Source of the DNA: Octopus sinensis | Taxonomy: Eukaryota | Direction of reading: 5' to 3' | Length of the DNA: 64,000 nt | Assembly: GCF_006345805.1 (NCBI RefSeq) | Contig: NW_021832435.1 | Location: forward strand, 1-64,000 | Program-made: the position numbers and the translations under genes | Shown here: positions 46,760-59,064 of the stretch, in pieces | Position numbering within the stretch: the first letter of the stretch is position 1 | How the letters are laid out: every line of letters begins with the position of its first letter | The notes under the pieces: model-generated | Told to the model about the DNA's origin: nothing | Seen by the model: only the letters and a program-made list of their open reading frames with translations | Databases searched by the model: none

Positions 46760-46879
46760 CATGGAATAAATAAATTCTCAGAAGTGCTCGGGTACACGCA
46801 GTGGTGGTAGCGAGCAAGGAGGATGGTCGATGTGCAGGGCATGAAATTTTTTAAAAGGGACCAAAACTAAAACCCGCTA

Positions 46880-47402
46880 TACATAGTGGAACTACAGTTT
46901 ATGAACAGCTCTCATCCCAATTTTCATGCATCACAAATCTGAACGTGATGAACGTGCAAGCTAGCAACAACAGTTGGCAACTAACTGGAAGTTTCAGAGA
47001 GACAGGGTCTGTCCCTGTTTATCTTTTAGCTTGGTGCATATCCTTGCTGGAATTCACTGGGCTCTCTCTTGATTTCCCTATGGGCAAAATAGTTTCGGTT
47101 TATAAACATTTTAGGTGATGAATGGCCTTCAGGAACGAACTTACCCATTTTTGCCCAGTTTTTTCTTTTACTTGATTTATTACCAAAAATCTGGTTTTTT
47201 TTTATACAACTTTATCTGATAATAAATATATGAAAAAATTTTTATTGCAATATTTGAAAGACATTCCAGTCTTTGATGGCAAACGAAAGATATCTCAGAA
47301 AAATACAGGTGTTGCAAAAATATGATGGATTATCCTTCTGATCATTAAAAAAGGGACCATGGGCACTAATGGGTTAAATTCCCAAATGGGGGTTCCACTG
47401 TA
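46880..47402. mobile_element. pogo/Tigger-like MITE relics (also a piggyBac-like right end, gggttaa, at ~47372-47378)
   Basis: ta-(c)atagtggaactacagtttatgaac left end; ggggttccactg-ta right end at ~47390-47403; second gaggttccactatg at 47683. Confidence 0.4.
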
Positions 47403-47936
47403 TATATGAACTTTGGTTTATAAATGCACCTCAGCATGAGGTTTACAGACAATTTCTTGTACAAAAAAAAATCTTAAGTGACAAACAGTGTCTTGGGTAA
47501 AGAACATACAAGCCAACAGCAATAGTGGCCTGAGGCTATAGTAGAAGACACTTGCCCAAGGTGCCACACAGTGGGACTGGACCTGGAACCATGTGGTTCG
47601 TTAACAAGCTATTTACCACAGAGCCACTCCTGAACATTTTGGGTGATGAGCAATCTTCAGAAATTAATTAAATTCCTAAATAGAGGTTCCACTATGTATA
47701 TGAGCCTCGGTTTACAAATGGTGTTTTAAACATAAAGCATCTCAGGTGACGACCCATGTCTCAAATAACAAACACACAGGCCGGAAACAACAGTTGGTGA
47801 CAAGCTGGGAATTTCAGTGGGGAGCTTCTGTGTGTGTCTAGCTTTCACTCATTGCACATCCCTGCACAAATTTGCTGTGCTTTCTCTTCAATTTCAGCAT
47901 CATTTATCGTCTATTTTCTGTGCTGGTATAGGTTGG

Positions 47937-48152
47937 ACGAGCTGGCAGAAGCGTTAGCACGCCGGGCAAAATGCGTAGCCGCATTTTGTCTGCCGTTACG
48001 TTCTGAGCTCAAATTCCGCCGAGGTCAACTTTGCCTTTCATTCTTTCAGGGTCGATAAATTAAGTACCGGTTACGCACTGGGGTCGATGTAATCGACTTA
48101 ATCCATTTTCCTCTCTGTGTTTAGCCCCTTGTGGGTAGTAAAGAAATAGGTA
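47937..48152 (+). mobile_element. SINE-B with small internal deletion
   Basis: gagctggcagaagcgttagc ... gtagtaaagaaatagg; flanking tataggttggacga duplicated. Confidence 0.85.
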
Positions 48153-48629
48153 TAGGTTGGACGATTTGATTGAAAACTGGTGAGCTGGGAAGCTGCGCTA
48201 GGTTCCAATCTGGTTTGGCATGGTTTCTACATCTGGATGCCCTTCCTAAGAGCGTAGTGGGTGCTTTTTATGTGCCACCGGCATAGGTGCCATTGAATTC
48301 ACCAGTAGTAAAAGGGTATTAAAATGATGATTAATTAATCACACTCTAATTATGACCTTAGTGTTTCTTATCAAGACTGCAAGGTCTTTTGTCGTATCTC
48401 TCCATAAATAGAATTGATCTGGGTCTAAACAACCCTTTCATTCATTAAATTTCATGGTCATTCCTGTAATGATGTTAATTAACCACCAAAAAAAAAATTA
48501 GAATTGATAATTATTTCTGCTTCTGCAATATTTTTTTCAGTATCTCGTGTAGGTATGTTTGTTTTTTGTTTTTATATCCGCTGCTAAAAGTATTTGATTC
48601 TTGCTCTGTAAAAATGAAATTTCATGATA

Positions 48630-49290
48630 TGTCTTCTATTTGTTTCTGTCATTAGACTGTGGCCATGCTGGAGCACTGTTTTGAAGAAATTTTACTTGAA
48701 TGAATCAACCACGCTACTTTTTTTTTCTTTAAGCCTGATACTTATTTTATTTGGTCTCTTTTGCCGAACTGCTAAGCTATGGAGATGTAAACACACCAAC
48801 ACCAGTTATCAAATGGTGGTGTGGGGCAAATACATACACGCACACACAGTGTAGGCTTCTTTCAGTTTCCATCTATCAAATCCACTTGCAAGGCTTTGGT
48901 TGGCCTGTAGCTATAGTGGAAGACACCTGCCCATGGTGCCACACAGTGGAACTGAACCCAGAACTATGTGGTTGTGAAGCAAGCTTCTTATCACACAGCC
49001 ATGCAGCTATGTTTTTTTTTTTATTTTAAAACCTGGTCTTTATTCTATCATTCTCTTTTGCCTAATTGCTAAGTTATGGGAACATGCTGATGAAGGACAA
49101 ACACACACACACACACACACACACACAATGTGCACATACATGAAGACACAGCAGGCTTCTTCAGTTTCTGTCTGCCATATCCATCCTCAGAGCCTTTAGT
49201 CAACCTGTGGCTATAGTAGAAGACACCTGCCTTGGGTGCCACACAGACTGAACCCAGAACCAAGTGCTTGTGAGGCAACCGCATATGTGC
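48630..49290 (-). mobile_element. Two older diverged SINE-A copies
   Basis: gtggccatgctggagcac, gcttctttcagtttcc and gaactgaacccagaac motifs at 48630-49010 and 49030-49290. Confidence 0.65.
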
Positions 49291-49420
49291 CTATATAACT
49301 GATGTCCTAAGTACCAGTTGCATATTGGGGTCAGTCTGATCAACTGGCCCCCTCCCCACAAATTTCAGGCCTTGTGCTTAGAGCAGAAAAGAACATGTGC
49401 CTATATAACTGATGTCCTAA

Positions 49421-50173
49421 GACTGTAAGCTGGCAGAAACATCAGCACGCCGAGCGAAATGCTTAGCGGTATTTTGTCTACGGTTACATTCTGAGTTCAA
49501 ATTCTGCCGAGGTAAGACTTTGCTTTTCATCCTTTCGGGGTCAATAAATTAATTACCAGTTACGCACTGGGGTCAATGTAATCAACTTAATCCCTTTGTC
49601 TGTCCTTGTTCGTCCCCTCTATGTTTGGGCCCTTGTGGGCAATAAAGAAATAAGAACCGTTAGCACGCCGGGCGAAATGCTTATGCTGAGGTCGACTTTA
49701 CCTTTCATCCTTTCGGGGTCGATAAATTAATTACCAGTTACGCACTGGGGTCAATGTAATCAACTTAATCCCTTTGTCTGTCCTTGTTCGTCCCCTCTAT
49801 GTTTGGGCCCTTGTGGGCAGTAAAGAAATAAGAACCGTTAGCACGCCGGGCGAAATGCTTATGCTGAGGTCGACTTTACCTTTCATCCTTTTGGGGTCGA
49901 TAAATTAAGTACCAGTTATGCACTGGGGTTGATATAATCGACTTAATCCATTTGTTAGTCCTTGTTTGTCCTCTCTGTGTTTAGCCCCTTGTGGGTAGTG
50001 AAGAAATAGGTATTTTGTCTGTCTTTACGTTCTGAGTTCAAATTCCGCCGAGGTCGACTTTGCCTTTCATCCTTTCGGCGTCGATAAATTAAGTACCAGT
50101 TGCATACTGGGGTTGATCTTATCGACTGGCCCCCTCCCCCAAAATTTCAGGCCTTGTGCCTAGACTAGAAAAG
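49421..50173 (+). mobile_element. SINE-B tetramer with a 178-bp internal duplication, within an 18-bp TSD
   Basis: Units at 49421, 49652, 49830 and 50009; TSD tatataactgatgtccta (49402-19) / tatataaatgatgtccta (50174-91). Confidence 0.85.
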
Positions 50174-50630
50174 TATATAAATGATGTCCTATAAATATTA
50201 ACCAAGGTATTCTGGCAAACGAACCAAATGTGAGATTTATTTCTCCAATGTACACTTAGCACTAACTGTGCACAGCTAGACACGACACTTTAAAAGTCAC
50301 TTGGGACTCAAGAGACGTTTTTAACTTTCATGGTTCCACTAATGCTTAACCATTTTCTCAGCAGTTAATTCTAAACCCTTTTAATACGAACCCACCTGAG
50401 ACTGCCTGTGATTCTTTGAATGCAAACTTAAATAGAAATAATGTGAATTTATACCTTCCATTAATATTTCATGTTAATTTTTGGGTCTGACATCAGTTTA
50501 ATGATGATGACAGTTATTTTTCTGAATTCTGTATCAATTTCCAAATTAATTGAATCAGGAGTAATGTTCTTCAACAGAAACATGGTTATCATTCTTTCAG
50601 TTGACCCCCCCCCTAGTTTTTTTTTTGTGT

Positions 50631-50802
50631 AGGCGTAGGAGTGGCTGTGTGGTAAGTAGCTTGCTTACGAACCACATGGTTCCGGGTTCAGTCCCACTCC
50701 GTGACACCTTGGGCAAGTGTCTTCTACTATAGCCTCGGGCTGACCAAAGCCTTGTGAGTGGATTTGGTAGACAGAAACTGAAAGAAGCCCATCGTATATA
50801 TG

Positions 50803-50834
<32 letters not shown>

Positions 50835-51050
50835 TATATGTGTATGTGTGTGTCTGTGTTTATCACCCCAACATCGCTTGACAACCGATGCTGGTGTGTT
50901 TACGTCCTCGTAACTTTGTGTTTTGGTAAAAGAGACCGATAGAATTAGTACTAGGCTTACAAAGAATAAGTCCTGGGGGTGATTTGCTCAAATAAAAGGC
51001 GGTGCTCCAGCATGGCCACAGTCAAATGACTGAAACAAGTAAGAGAGAGT
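50631..51050 (+). mobile_element. SINE-A, full length
   Basis: aggcgtaggagtggctgtgtgg ... gaaacaagtaagagagag. Confidence 0.9.
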
Positions 51051-51199
51051 ATATCATTGACTCTACTATTATCTAGTATCACAATTTAAAAATGATAACA
51101 GACCCAATAATATAAACAATTGCGCCCCCCCCCCCCAAAAAAAAGCATTAAATCGCTGAAGGATTAAAATTAATCAAAGGACACACTAAGTATGGATAC

Positions 51200-51601
51200 C
51201 AACTGGAAATAAATCAAATGGTCTGCTTGATCGCTTTTTATCAATAAGGCTACAATCTCCAGCCTCAGAACCTTGCGAACCACTTCCATACAGTTCTTTC
51301 GGATAAAGAAACATCACCGTAAACTGCGCATATTTCTTTAATTGCTTGTGGGGCATTTTTCCCTTTACAGAAAAAGAGAAGCATCAAGTGCTGAAAATGA
51401 ACTTTCTTATCTTCCATTTTAAAGGGTTACAGAATTAACACAAGTTATGGGAACATAAACCTTCTTCAATGAAAAGATAGCTTAAACGGTGCTCTAAATG
51501 GAATTCTATTCAAATCCTATTTCATGGACTCAACCATGTTCTAAATTAAGTCGAAAAGTGAGCTACTATAAATTGGCACAGACTTTCCGGACAACCAAAT
51601 A
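51200..51601 (-). pseudogene. mariner 5' portion: left TIR and transposase N-terminus
   Basis: TIR-like atttggttgtccggaaagtctgtgccaattt (51571-51601) next to TA; ATG at 51417: MEDKKVHFQHLMLLFFCKGKNAPQAIKEICAVYGDVSLSERTVWKWFARF(fs)AGDCSLIDKKRSSRP, a classic mariner HTH region. Confidence 0.85.
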
Positions 51602-51608
51602 TATATAT

Positions 51609-51641
<33 letters not shown>

Positions 51642-51659
51642 TGGTAATTTATCCATGTC

Positions 51660-51895
51660 GGTGACACATAAAAGCACCAACTAATCGTGGCTGTTTGCCA
51701 GCCTGCTCTGGCCCCTGTGCCGGTGGCACGTAAAAAACACCCACTACACTCATGGAGTGGTTGACGTTAGAAAGGGCATCCAGCTGTAGAAACACTGCCA
51801 AATCAGACTAGAGCCTGGTGCAGCCTCCATGGCTTACCAGACCCTGGTCAAACCGTCCAACCCATGGTAGCTTGGAAAACGGACGTTAAATGATG
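51660..51895 (+). mobile_element. RTE LINE 3' UTR fragment
   Basis: gttgacgttagaaagggcatccagctgtagaaac...ccaacccatggtagcttggaaaacggacgttaaatgatgat. Confidence 0.75.
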
Positions 51896-52435
51896 ATATA
51901 TATATATATATATGATGGGCTTCTTTCTGTTTCCATCTACCAAATCCACTTGCAAGGCATTGGTTGTCCCAAGGCTATAGTAGAAGACACTTGCCCAATG
52001 TGCCACACAGTGGGACTGAACCTGGAAACATGTGGTTGGGAAGCAAGCTACTTACCACACAGCCACATGCCTACGCCTACGTCCATGTTTATTTCCCATG
52101 GATTAGAGTTGTGTTTGACCAGTGAGCAACTATCTACTCCACTCTTTCAACTGTTATTGCATTTGTTGTGGTCAGAGGTTTATTTCCCAACCGCATGATC
52201 TTGAGTTCAATCCCAATGCATGGCACCTTCAGCATGTGTTTTCTGCTACAAGCTCCAGCCCCCAAAACCATTACAGTGGATTTGGTTGGCCAGGGGCTTC
52301 TTTCAGTTTCCGTCGACCAAATCCACTTATAAGGCTTTGGTTAGCCTATGACTTCAGTAGAAAATACCCTCCCGACATGTCATACAGTAGGATTGAACCC
52401 AGAACCATGTGTTTGGGAAGCAAACTTCTTACAGC

Positions 52436-52846
52436 TACTCTTACTCTTTTACTCTTTTACTTGTTTCAGTCATCTGACTGCGGCCATGCCGGAGCACCAC
52501 CTTTAATCGAGCAACTCGACCCCAGGACTTATTCTTTTTGTAAGCCCAGTACTTATTCTATTGGTCTCTTTTGCCAAACCGCTAAGTAACGGGGACATAA
52601 ACACACCAGCATCGGTTGTCAAGCAATGCTAGGGGGACAAACACAGACACACAAACAAACACACATACATATATATATATACATATATACGACAGGCTTC
52701 TTTCAGTTTCCGTCTACCAAATCCACTCACAAGGCATTGGTCGGCCCGGGGCTATAGCAGAAGACACTTGCCCAAGATGCCACGCAGTGGGACTGAACCC
52801 GGAACCATGTGGCTGGTTAGCAAGCTACTTACCACACAGCCACTCC
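52436..52846 (-). mobile_element. SINE-A, full length (further SINE-A fragments at 51910-52075, 52180-52260, 52290-52435)
   Basis: Family match. Confidence 0.9.
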
Positions 52847-53399
52847 CTTGCCATTTTTGCAATTTGTACTTGTAATGTCCCTTTATCTATTGCCCTTGTG
52901 GCAGATCAATTCATTATTATTATCATTATTGTTGTTGTTATTGTTCAACATCTGGTTTCAAGAAGAGTCGAAACCTGACTGCATATTTTCAGAAGTTTCT
53001 TTAATTCTTGGGAACGGTAACCTTTTCATGAAAAATACCTCGTTCTCTCACAGAGATATTTTCGTAGCATTTAAAGTGTCCTTGCTTCCCTCTCTCCCTC
53101 CCTCCCTCCCTGCACCTCAGTGCGACGCGGCGAAGAATTAGTCGAAGATTCCAGATTTTACAGAACCATTTACTTGGTTCTACTTTTGGTAGACAAATTT
53201 TTTTTTTTTTTTTTTGCTTTATTTAAACGTTTTCAGACTACACATGCACTGCAGACAGTATATATACATATATAAAAATATGTATACATATATACATAAG
53301 TATGTATACATATATGTAGACAGACATATATGTATATATATATATATATATATCATGCGTTTAATGTATATATATAGACACGCATATATTAACAATCAG

Positions 53400-53977
53400 A
53401 AATATCTGCACAAACATATATACATATACACACATATATACATATACACACATATATATACATATACACACATATATATACATATACACACATATATACA
53501 TATACACACATATATATACATATACACACATATATATACATATACACACATATATACATATACACATATACACACATATTTACATATAGACACATATATA
53601 CATATACACACATATATACATATACACACATATATACATATACACACATATTTACATATACACACATATATACATATACACATATACACACATATATACA
53701 TATACACACATATATACATATACACACATACACATATACACACATATATACAAATACACATATATACATATAGACACATATTTACATATACACACATATA
53801 TTTACATATACACACATATATACATACATACACATATATACATACACATATATACATACACATATATACATATACACACATGTATATACATATACACACA
53901 TATATACATACATACACATATATATGTACAAACACATATTTACATGTAAACATACACATACATATATACATGCATAC

Positions 53978-54015
<38 letters not shown>
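53400..54015. repeat. ~18-bp catatatacatatacaca minisatellite
   Basis: About 25-30 near-identical units; the H/I/Y/T-rich 293-aa ORF is an artefact of it. Confidence 0.9.
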
Positions 54016-54016
<1 letters not shown>

Positions 54017-54235
54017 GCTTCGTTGTGTTATAGGTTATGTTTATATTGAAAAAATACCAATCATACCCCCAATCCTTTTTTTTTGTGTAGGTTAAGAACT
54101 TGGCTCTTGCATCTAATTCTGGATTTTTTTTTCTTTCTATTTTTCTGCAACCCTCTGAATACTTTTTATTTCTTTAAATTTATTCACACACACACACACA
54201 CACCTATACACACACACACACACATATATATATTA

Positions 54236-54266
<31 letters not shown>

Positions 54267-54715
54267 CATAGAATACACACATATATGTATTTTGTGTAGT
54301 GGGGGTGCGCTTATGGTAAGGTTTTAATTAAATCTTTTCTTAGTTATTTTGCCTCCTGGTTCCTTCACTAACCTACCTCATCTATTTTTCCTTTTATTCC
54401 CCCTCACAAACCCACCCCACCCCCACCCCCACGCCGAAATGCCAGGTGAGGTAGTGGCAAGGAAGGAAAAGGGCAGGTTGGAAAAAGACAGCAATGGTAG
54501 AGAATAGAAAATAAGTTACCCCCTTTTTTTTGTTATTGCGTCAATGACCTTTATTCTTCTATTTTGGGTTTCTTTTTCATTCCTGACCAATGTTTGCATT
54601 GAAAATAGAATTTTTTGATGTAATTCTCTCAATGAAAGGACAAGAACAAAATCTGTTAAGTTATGCTTTACCATGTGGTGCATCGGTAATTTTTCTTTTT
54701 TTTTTTTACCCTTAT

Positions 54716-54881
54716 AGGCGCAGGAGTGGCTGTGTGGTAAGAAGCTTGCTAACCAACCACATGGTTCCGGGTTCAGTCCCACTGCGTGGCATCTTGGGCA
54801 AGTGTCTTCTGCTATAGCCCCGGGCCGACCAATGCCTTGAGAGTGGATTTGGTAGATGGAAACTGAAAGAAGCCTGTCGTA

Positions 54882-54930
<49 letters not shown>

Positions 54931-55115
54931 CTGTGTTTGTCCCCCTAGCATTGCTTGACAACCGATGGTGGTGTGTCGGCAAAAGAGACCGATAGAATAA
55001 GTACTGGGCTTAAGTCCCGTGGTCGATTTGCTCGACTAAAGGCGGTGCTCCAGCATGGCCGCAGTCAAATGACTGAAACAAGTAAAAGAGTAATAAAAGA
55101 GTAAAAGAGAGAGAG
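54716..55115 (+). mobile_element. SINE-A with two small internal deletions
   Basis: aggcgcaggagtggctg ... gtaaaagagtaataaaagag. Confidence 0.9.
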
Positions 55116-55417
55116 TATAGTACCTTAGGGTACCTTGGTATGCCTGGCACATTTTCTCTGTAGAGATAATTGGTAGTGCTGCTACTGGCGCTGGTGGTGG
55201 CTCTCTTTATCCATCGAAATAGTATTTTGTATATTATTTTATTGGTCGTTGTTGTTGACAAATGTGGAATGCTGGTGTGGCTGTGTGGTAAAACCTTTGT
55301 TTCCCAACCACACAGTTTGGGGTTCAGTCCCATTGTGTGGAAACCTTGGGCAAGTGTCTTCTTCTATAGCCCTGATCCAAGTGGATTTGGTTGATGGAAA
55401 CTAATCTGTTGTGTGTG

Positions 55418-55807
55418 TACTCTTTTACTCTTTTACTTGTTTGTCATTTGACTGCGGCCATGCTGGAGCACCGCCTTTAATTGAGCAACTCGACCCCAGG
55501 ACTTATTCTTTTGTAAGCCCAGTACTTATTCTATCGGTCTCTTTTGCCGAACCGCTAAGAGAACAGGGACATAAACACACCAGCATCGGTTGTCAAGCAA
55601 TGCTAGGGGGACAAACACAGACACACAAACACACAGAGGCATATATATACATATATACGACGGGCTTCTTTCAGTTTCCGTCTACCAAATCCACTCACAA
55701 GGCTTTGGTTGGCCCGAGGCTATAGTAGAAGACACTTGCCCAAGGTGCCACGCAGTGGGACTGAACCCGGAACCATGTGGTTGGTAAACAAGCTACTTAC
55801 CACACAG
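55418..55807 (-). mobile_element. SINE-A, near full length
   Basis: Family match; convergent with 54716-55115. Confidence 0.9.
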
Positions 55808-56389
55808 TGTATATATAATGTGTATGTATATATGTATGTGTGTATACATGTATATGCAGTGGACCCTCAGATTTTCTAAGTCTTGTAAAAGAACTTAGAA
55901 GTTTGGGTCTTCAGCCAGGCTTTTTGTGATACCCTTAAAGCCAGGAACTTTACAGCACCCTCTCGTGTTTATGAAGGGGCTACAGGTGAAAGGGATAATC
56001 ATGGCTTTGTCCAAATACTTACACACCAGAGTGGTTGCCCTAAATATGTCTTTACACCTTCCAACTCTCAATAGCTAACTGATTAGCAAGCAGCCCCTTC
56101 TTCCCCGCCATGTCCTTTATCTTTCTTTCATCTACGTAATTCCGTGTTATCTCTCTGGAACTCCATTCTCTGCCAATGTTCCTTTCACTGACACTGGCAG
56201 CGATTCAAATAGTTATTCATATAGTTATATTTTTGGCCCTGCCCTCACCCCTCACATACGTAAACCCTAGTCTCGTCTGCATTGTTCCTTCTGATCTAAG
56301 CAGTTGTGTATATGTACAACATTGCGTAAATGTTCTACTGCCAACGCACCAAAAGAAATTATTGTACACACTAAAGACTAATCGCTTAA

Positions 56390-56612
56390 CCCTTTAGCAT
56401 TTAAATCAGCCATATCCGGCCTAAAGTATTCTGCCTGTTTTATGTTCAAACTGGCCAGATCTGATCTCTCACTCCAACCCTACAAAATCATTTTAAAAGT
56501 TAACAGTTACCTCATCAAAATCTCATAGCTACAAGATAATGCATGATTAGTTCAAAACAGTGTGGATAAAAAAAAGCATTAATTTTGGCAGAATAATGTG
56601 AACACTAAAGGG
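56390..56612. mobile_element. 223-bp piggyBac-type MITE
   Basis: TTAA (56386-89) ccctttag ... ctaaaggg TTAA (56613-16). Confidence 0.85.
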
Positions 56613-56619
56613 TTAAAAC

Positions 56620-56960
56620 AACGTAGTGATCAGATTGGATCGGATTGGTCATGTTCAGTCCACTGCAGGACAAAGACCTCAACATATTCTCTCCACCAAC
56701 CATGCTTGAGATCACACTGGTTTGATGAGCCTACTCTACCACACTTCTGGATTGGGTTTGATTTCCTATCTTCAGTCCACTGCAGGACGATGGCCTCACC
56801 ATGACCTCTCCACCAAACATGGTCTGATGTGGAGGCTGTGAATTTGAGCTTGAGACCATACTGGTTTGATGAGCCTACTCTACCACACTGGCTCAACATG
56901 GCTGGAAGGGTTTTTTTTGTATTCAGTCCACTGCAGGACGAAGTCCTCACATGACCCCCC
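56620..56960 (-). mobile_element. Three stacked short RTE-type 3' ends
   Basis: ttcagtccactgcaggac at 56654, 56771 and 56922; minus translations WRGHGEAIVLQWT and WREYVEVFVLQWT match the RTE ORF2 terminus WRxxGEAxVLQW. Confidence 0.7.
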
Positions 56961-57299
56961 CCCCCAGTCTTACTGTACTTATTTTTAATTGATCAGATTG
57001 GTTTGATAAGCTTAGTTGATTGTGGCAGAATTTGAACTCAGAATGTTAAGGTGGATGAAATACTATTGTTTCACCTGGCATGTCAACGATTCTACCAGCT
57101 CGCTCATGATTAATTATTATTATTATTGGTGCTAACATGGCTGTGTGGTAAACAAGATCGATTTACAATCCATGTGGTTTGGGGGCTCATGTGATTCTGG
57201 GCTTGATTCTTTGAGCCTTTATTTTCTACTGTAGCCTCTGCTTGACCAAAGCTTTGTTATTGAAATTTATAATGGCTTGTATGATAACCCATTATGGCA

Positions 57300-57470
57300 T
57301 GTTCAATGTGGTTTTGGGACTATATGGTATATACATAGATATGTATTATATATATATTATATTGTATAATATATATACATACTATATGATGTATAATATT
57401 GATATATTAAATATATATATACATATATATGTATATATATATATGATATATATATATATATATGTATATG

Positions 57471-57519
<49 letters not shown>

Positions 57520-57523
57520 TGTA

Positions 57524-57554
<31 letters not shown>

Positions 57555-57595
57555 GTGTATATATATATGTATATATATATGTATATATATATATC
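57300..57595. repeat. Long (TA)n-rich tract
   Basis: Direct inspection. Confidence 0.9.
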
Positions 57596-58069
57596 CTTAA
57601 GTCCTTAAAAATGTTTTAGCCCGAAGGCTGCGGCCATGCTGGGGCACCACCGCTGTGCCCCATATATATATAATGTGTATTCTTTTTCTTTATTTTCTTT
57701 TACTTGCTTCAGTCTTTTGCAGCCATGCTGGAGCACTGCCTTAAAGGTTTTTCGTTTTTTTTTAGTTGAAGAAATCAACCCCCCCGGGACTTATTCTTTG
57801 TAACCCTGTAAGCCTAGTACTTATTCTCTCGGTCTCTTTTGCCGAACTTCTAAGTTATGGGGACCCACCAATGCAGTTGTCAAGCAGTGGTGAAGGGGGC
57901 AGGGATACAAATACACACACACATACACACACATGTATATAAACAATAAATGAAATAGAGAGATACAAATGACAATCCAATAATCCTTGAAATACAAATG
58001 ATAATCCAATAATCCTTCAAATTTCGGGCTTTGTGCCTAGAATAGAAAAGATTATTATTATCGTCAAAA

Positions 58070-58270
58070 AAGGCAGTGAGCTGGCAGAATCGTTAGCACA
58101 CCAGGCGAAATGCTTAGCAGCATTTTGTCTGTCTTGTCGTTCTGAATTCAAATTCCGCTGAGGTTGACTTTGCCGTTCATCCTTTTGAAGTCAATAAATT
58201 AAGTACCAGTCGAGTACTGAAGTTGATGTGATCCCTCCCACAAAATTTCAGGCTTTGCGCCAATAGTAGA
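58070..58270 (+). mobile_element. SINE-B variant (others at 60480-60655, 61083-61290, 61860-62070 (+) and 56975-57105 (-))
   Basis: gagctggcagaatcgttagc, aattcaaattcc, taagtaccag, aatttcaggc(c/t)tt motifs. Confidence 0.75.
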
Positions 58271-58472
58271 AAGGGTTATTATTATCACTTAGGCTTACGA
58301 GAAAGGGATGACCTCCCTTTGCAAATACCATAAGGGCACAGATAGTGTGCCTAAAGCCAGCTGGAGACGATGATCTCCTGGGGTCTAAAAGCTTCAGTAA
58401 CACCCACCCTTTGTGGTTAGCCATATTGAGATGGCTATTATACTTTACGTTATTATTATTATTATTATTATC

Positions 58473-58672
58473 ATTCTATTGTGTCTGGGGAGAGTCATTT
58501 TCTTTTTGTGCGTTATTATGTAACACGCTATAGTCAAAACTATTGGAAAGGTTGCAAGGCGCAACGAAAATTTTAGGACAATAAAAATAAGAAAAACATG
58601 GAAATTTTACCGGTGAGTGTGTTACATAATAAGGCACAAAAAGAAAATGACTCTCCCCAGACACAATAGAAT
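58473..58672. repeat. Fold-back inverted repeat, ~55-bp arms
   Basis: ttctattgtgtctggggagagtcattttctttttgtgcgttattatgtaacac / gtgttacataataaggcacaaaaagaaaatgactctccccagacacaatagaa; same family at 22850-22890 and 62400-62520. Confidence 0.85.
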
Positions 58673-58856
58673 ATGCTTCAACACACAAACTCATATAAAG
58701 AATCTTGCAAACCAAATCCAAAAACTAAATATTATTATCATTATTGTTCATATTGTTCTTTTAGTCCATGCAAAAACCCCAAAGAAACTACCCACTCTGT
58801 TTCTTTTTTGTTGGTTGTTTTGCCTTTGTATTTTGTCTTCGACATGCACAAAAACA

Positions 58857-59027
58857 CGCGCAGGAGTGGCTGTGTGGTAAGTAGCTTGCTAACCAACCAC
58901 ATGGTTCTGGGTTCAGTCCCACTGCGTAGCATTTTGGGCAAGTGTCTTCTGCTATAGCCCCGGGCCGACCAATGCCTTGTGAGTAGATTTGGTAGACGGA
59001 AACTGAAAGAAGCCTGTCGTATATATG

Positions 59028-59064
<37 letters not shown>

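Noticed and set aside
53214-54095. 293-aa His/Ile/Tyr/Thr-rich ORF and similar long ORFs at 2332, 45151-46001, 9736-10170 and 30038
   Set aside because: Translations of micro/minisatellites or SINE sequence; no coding signature.
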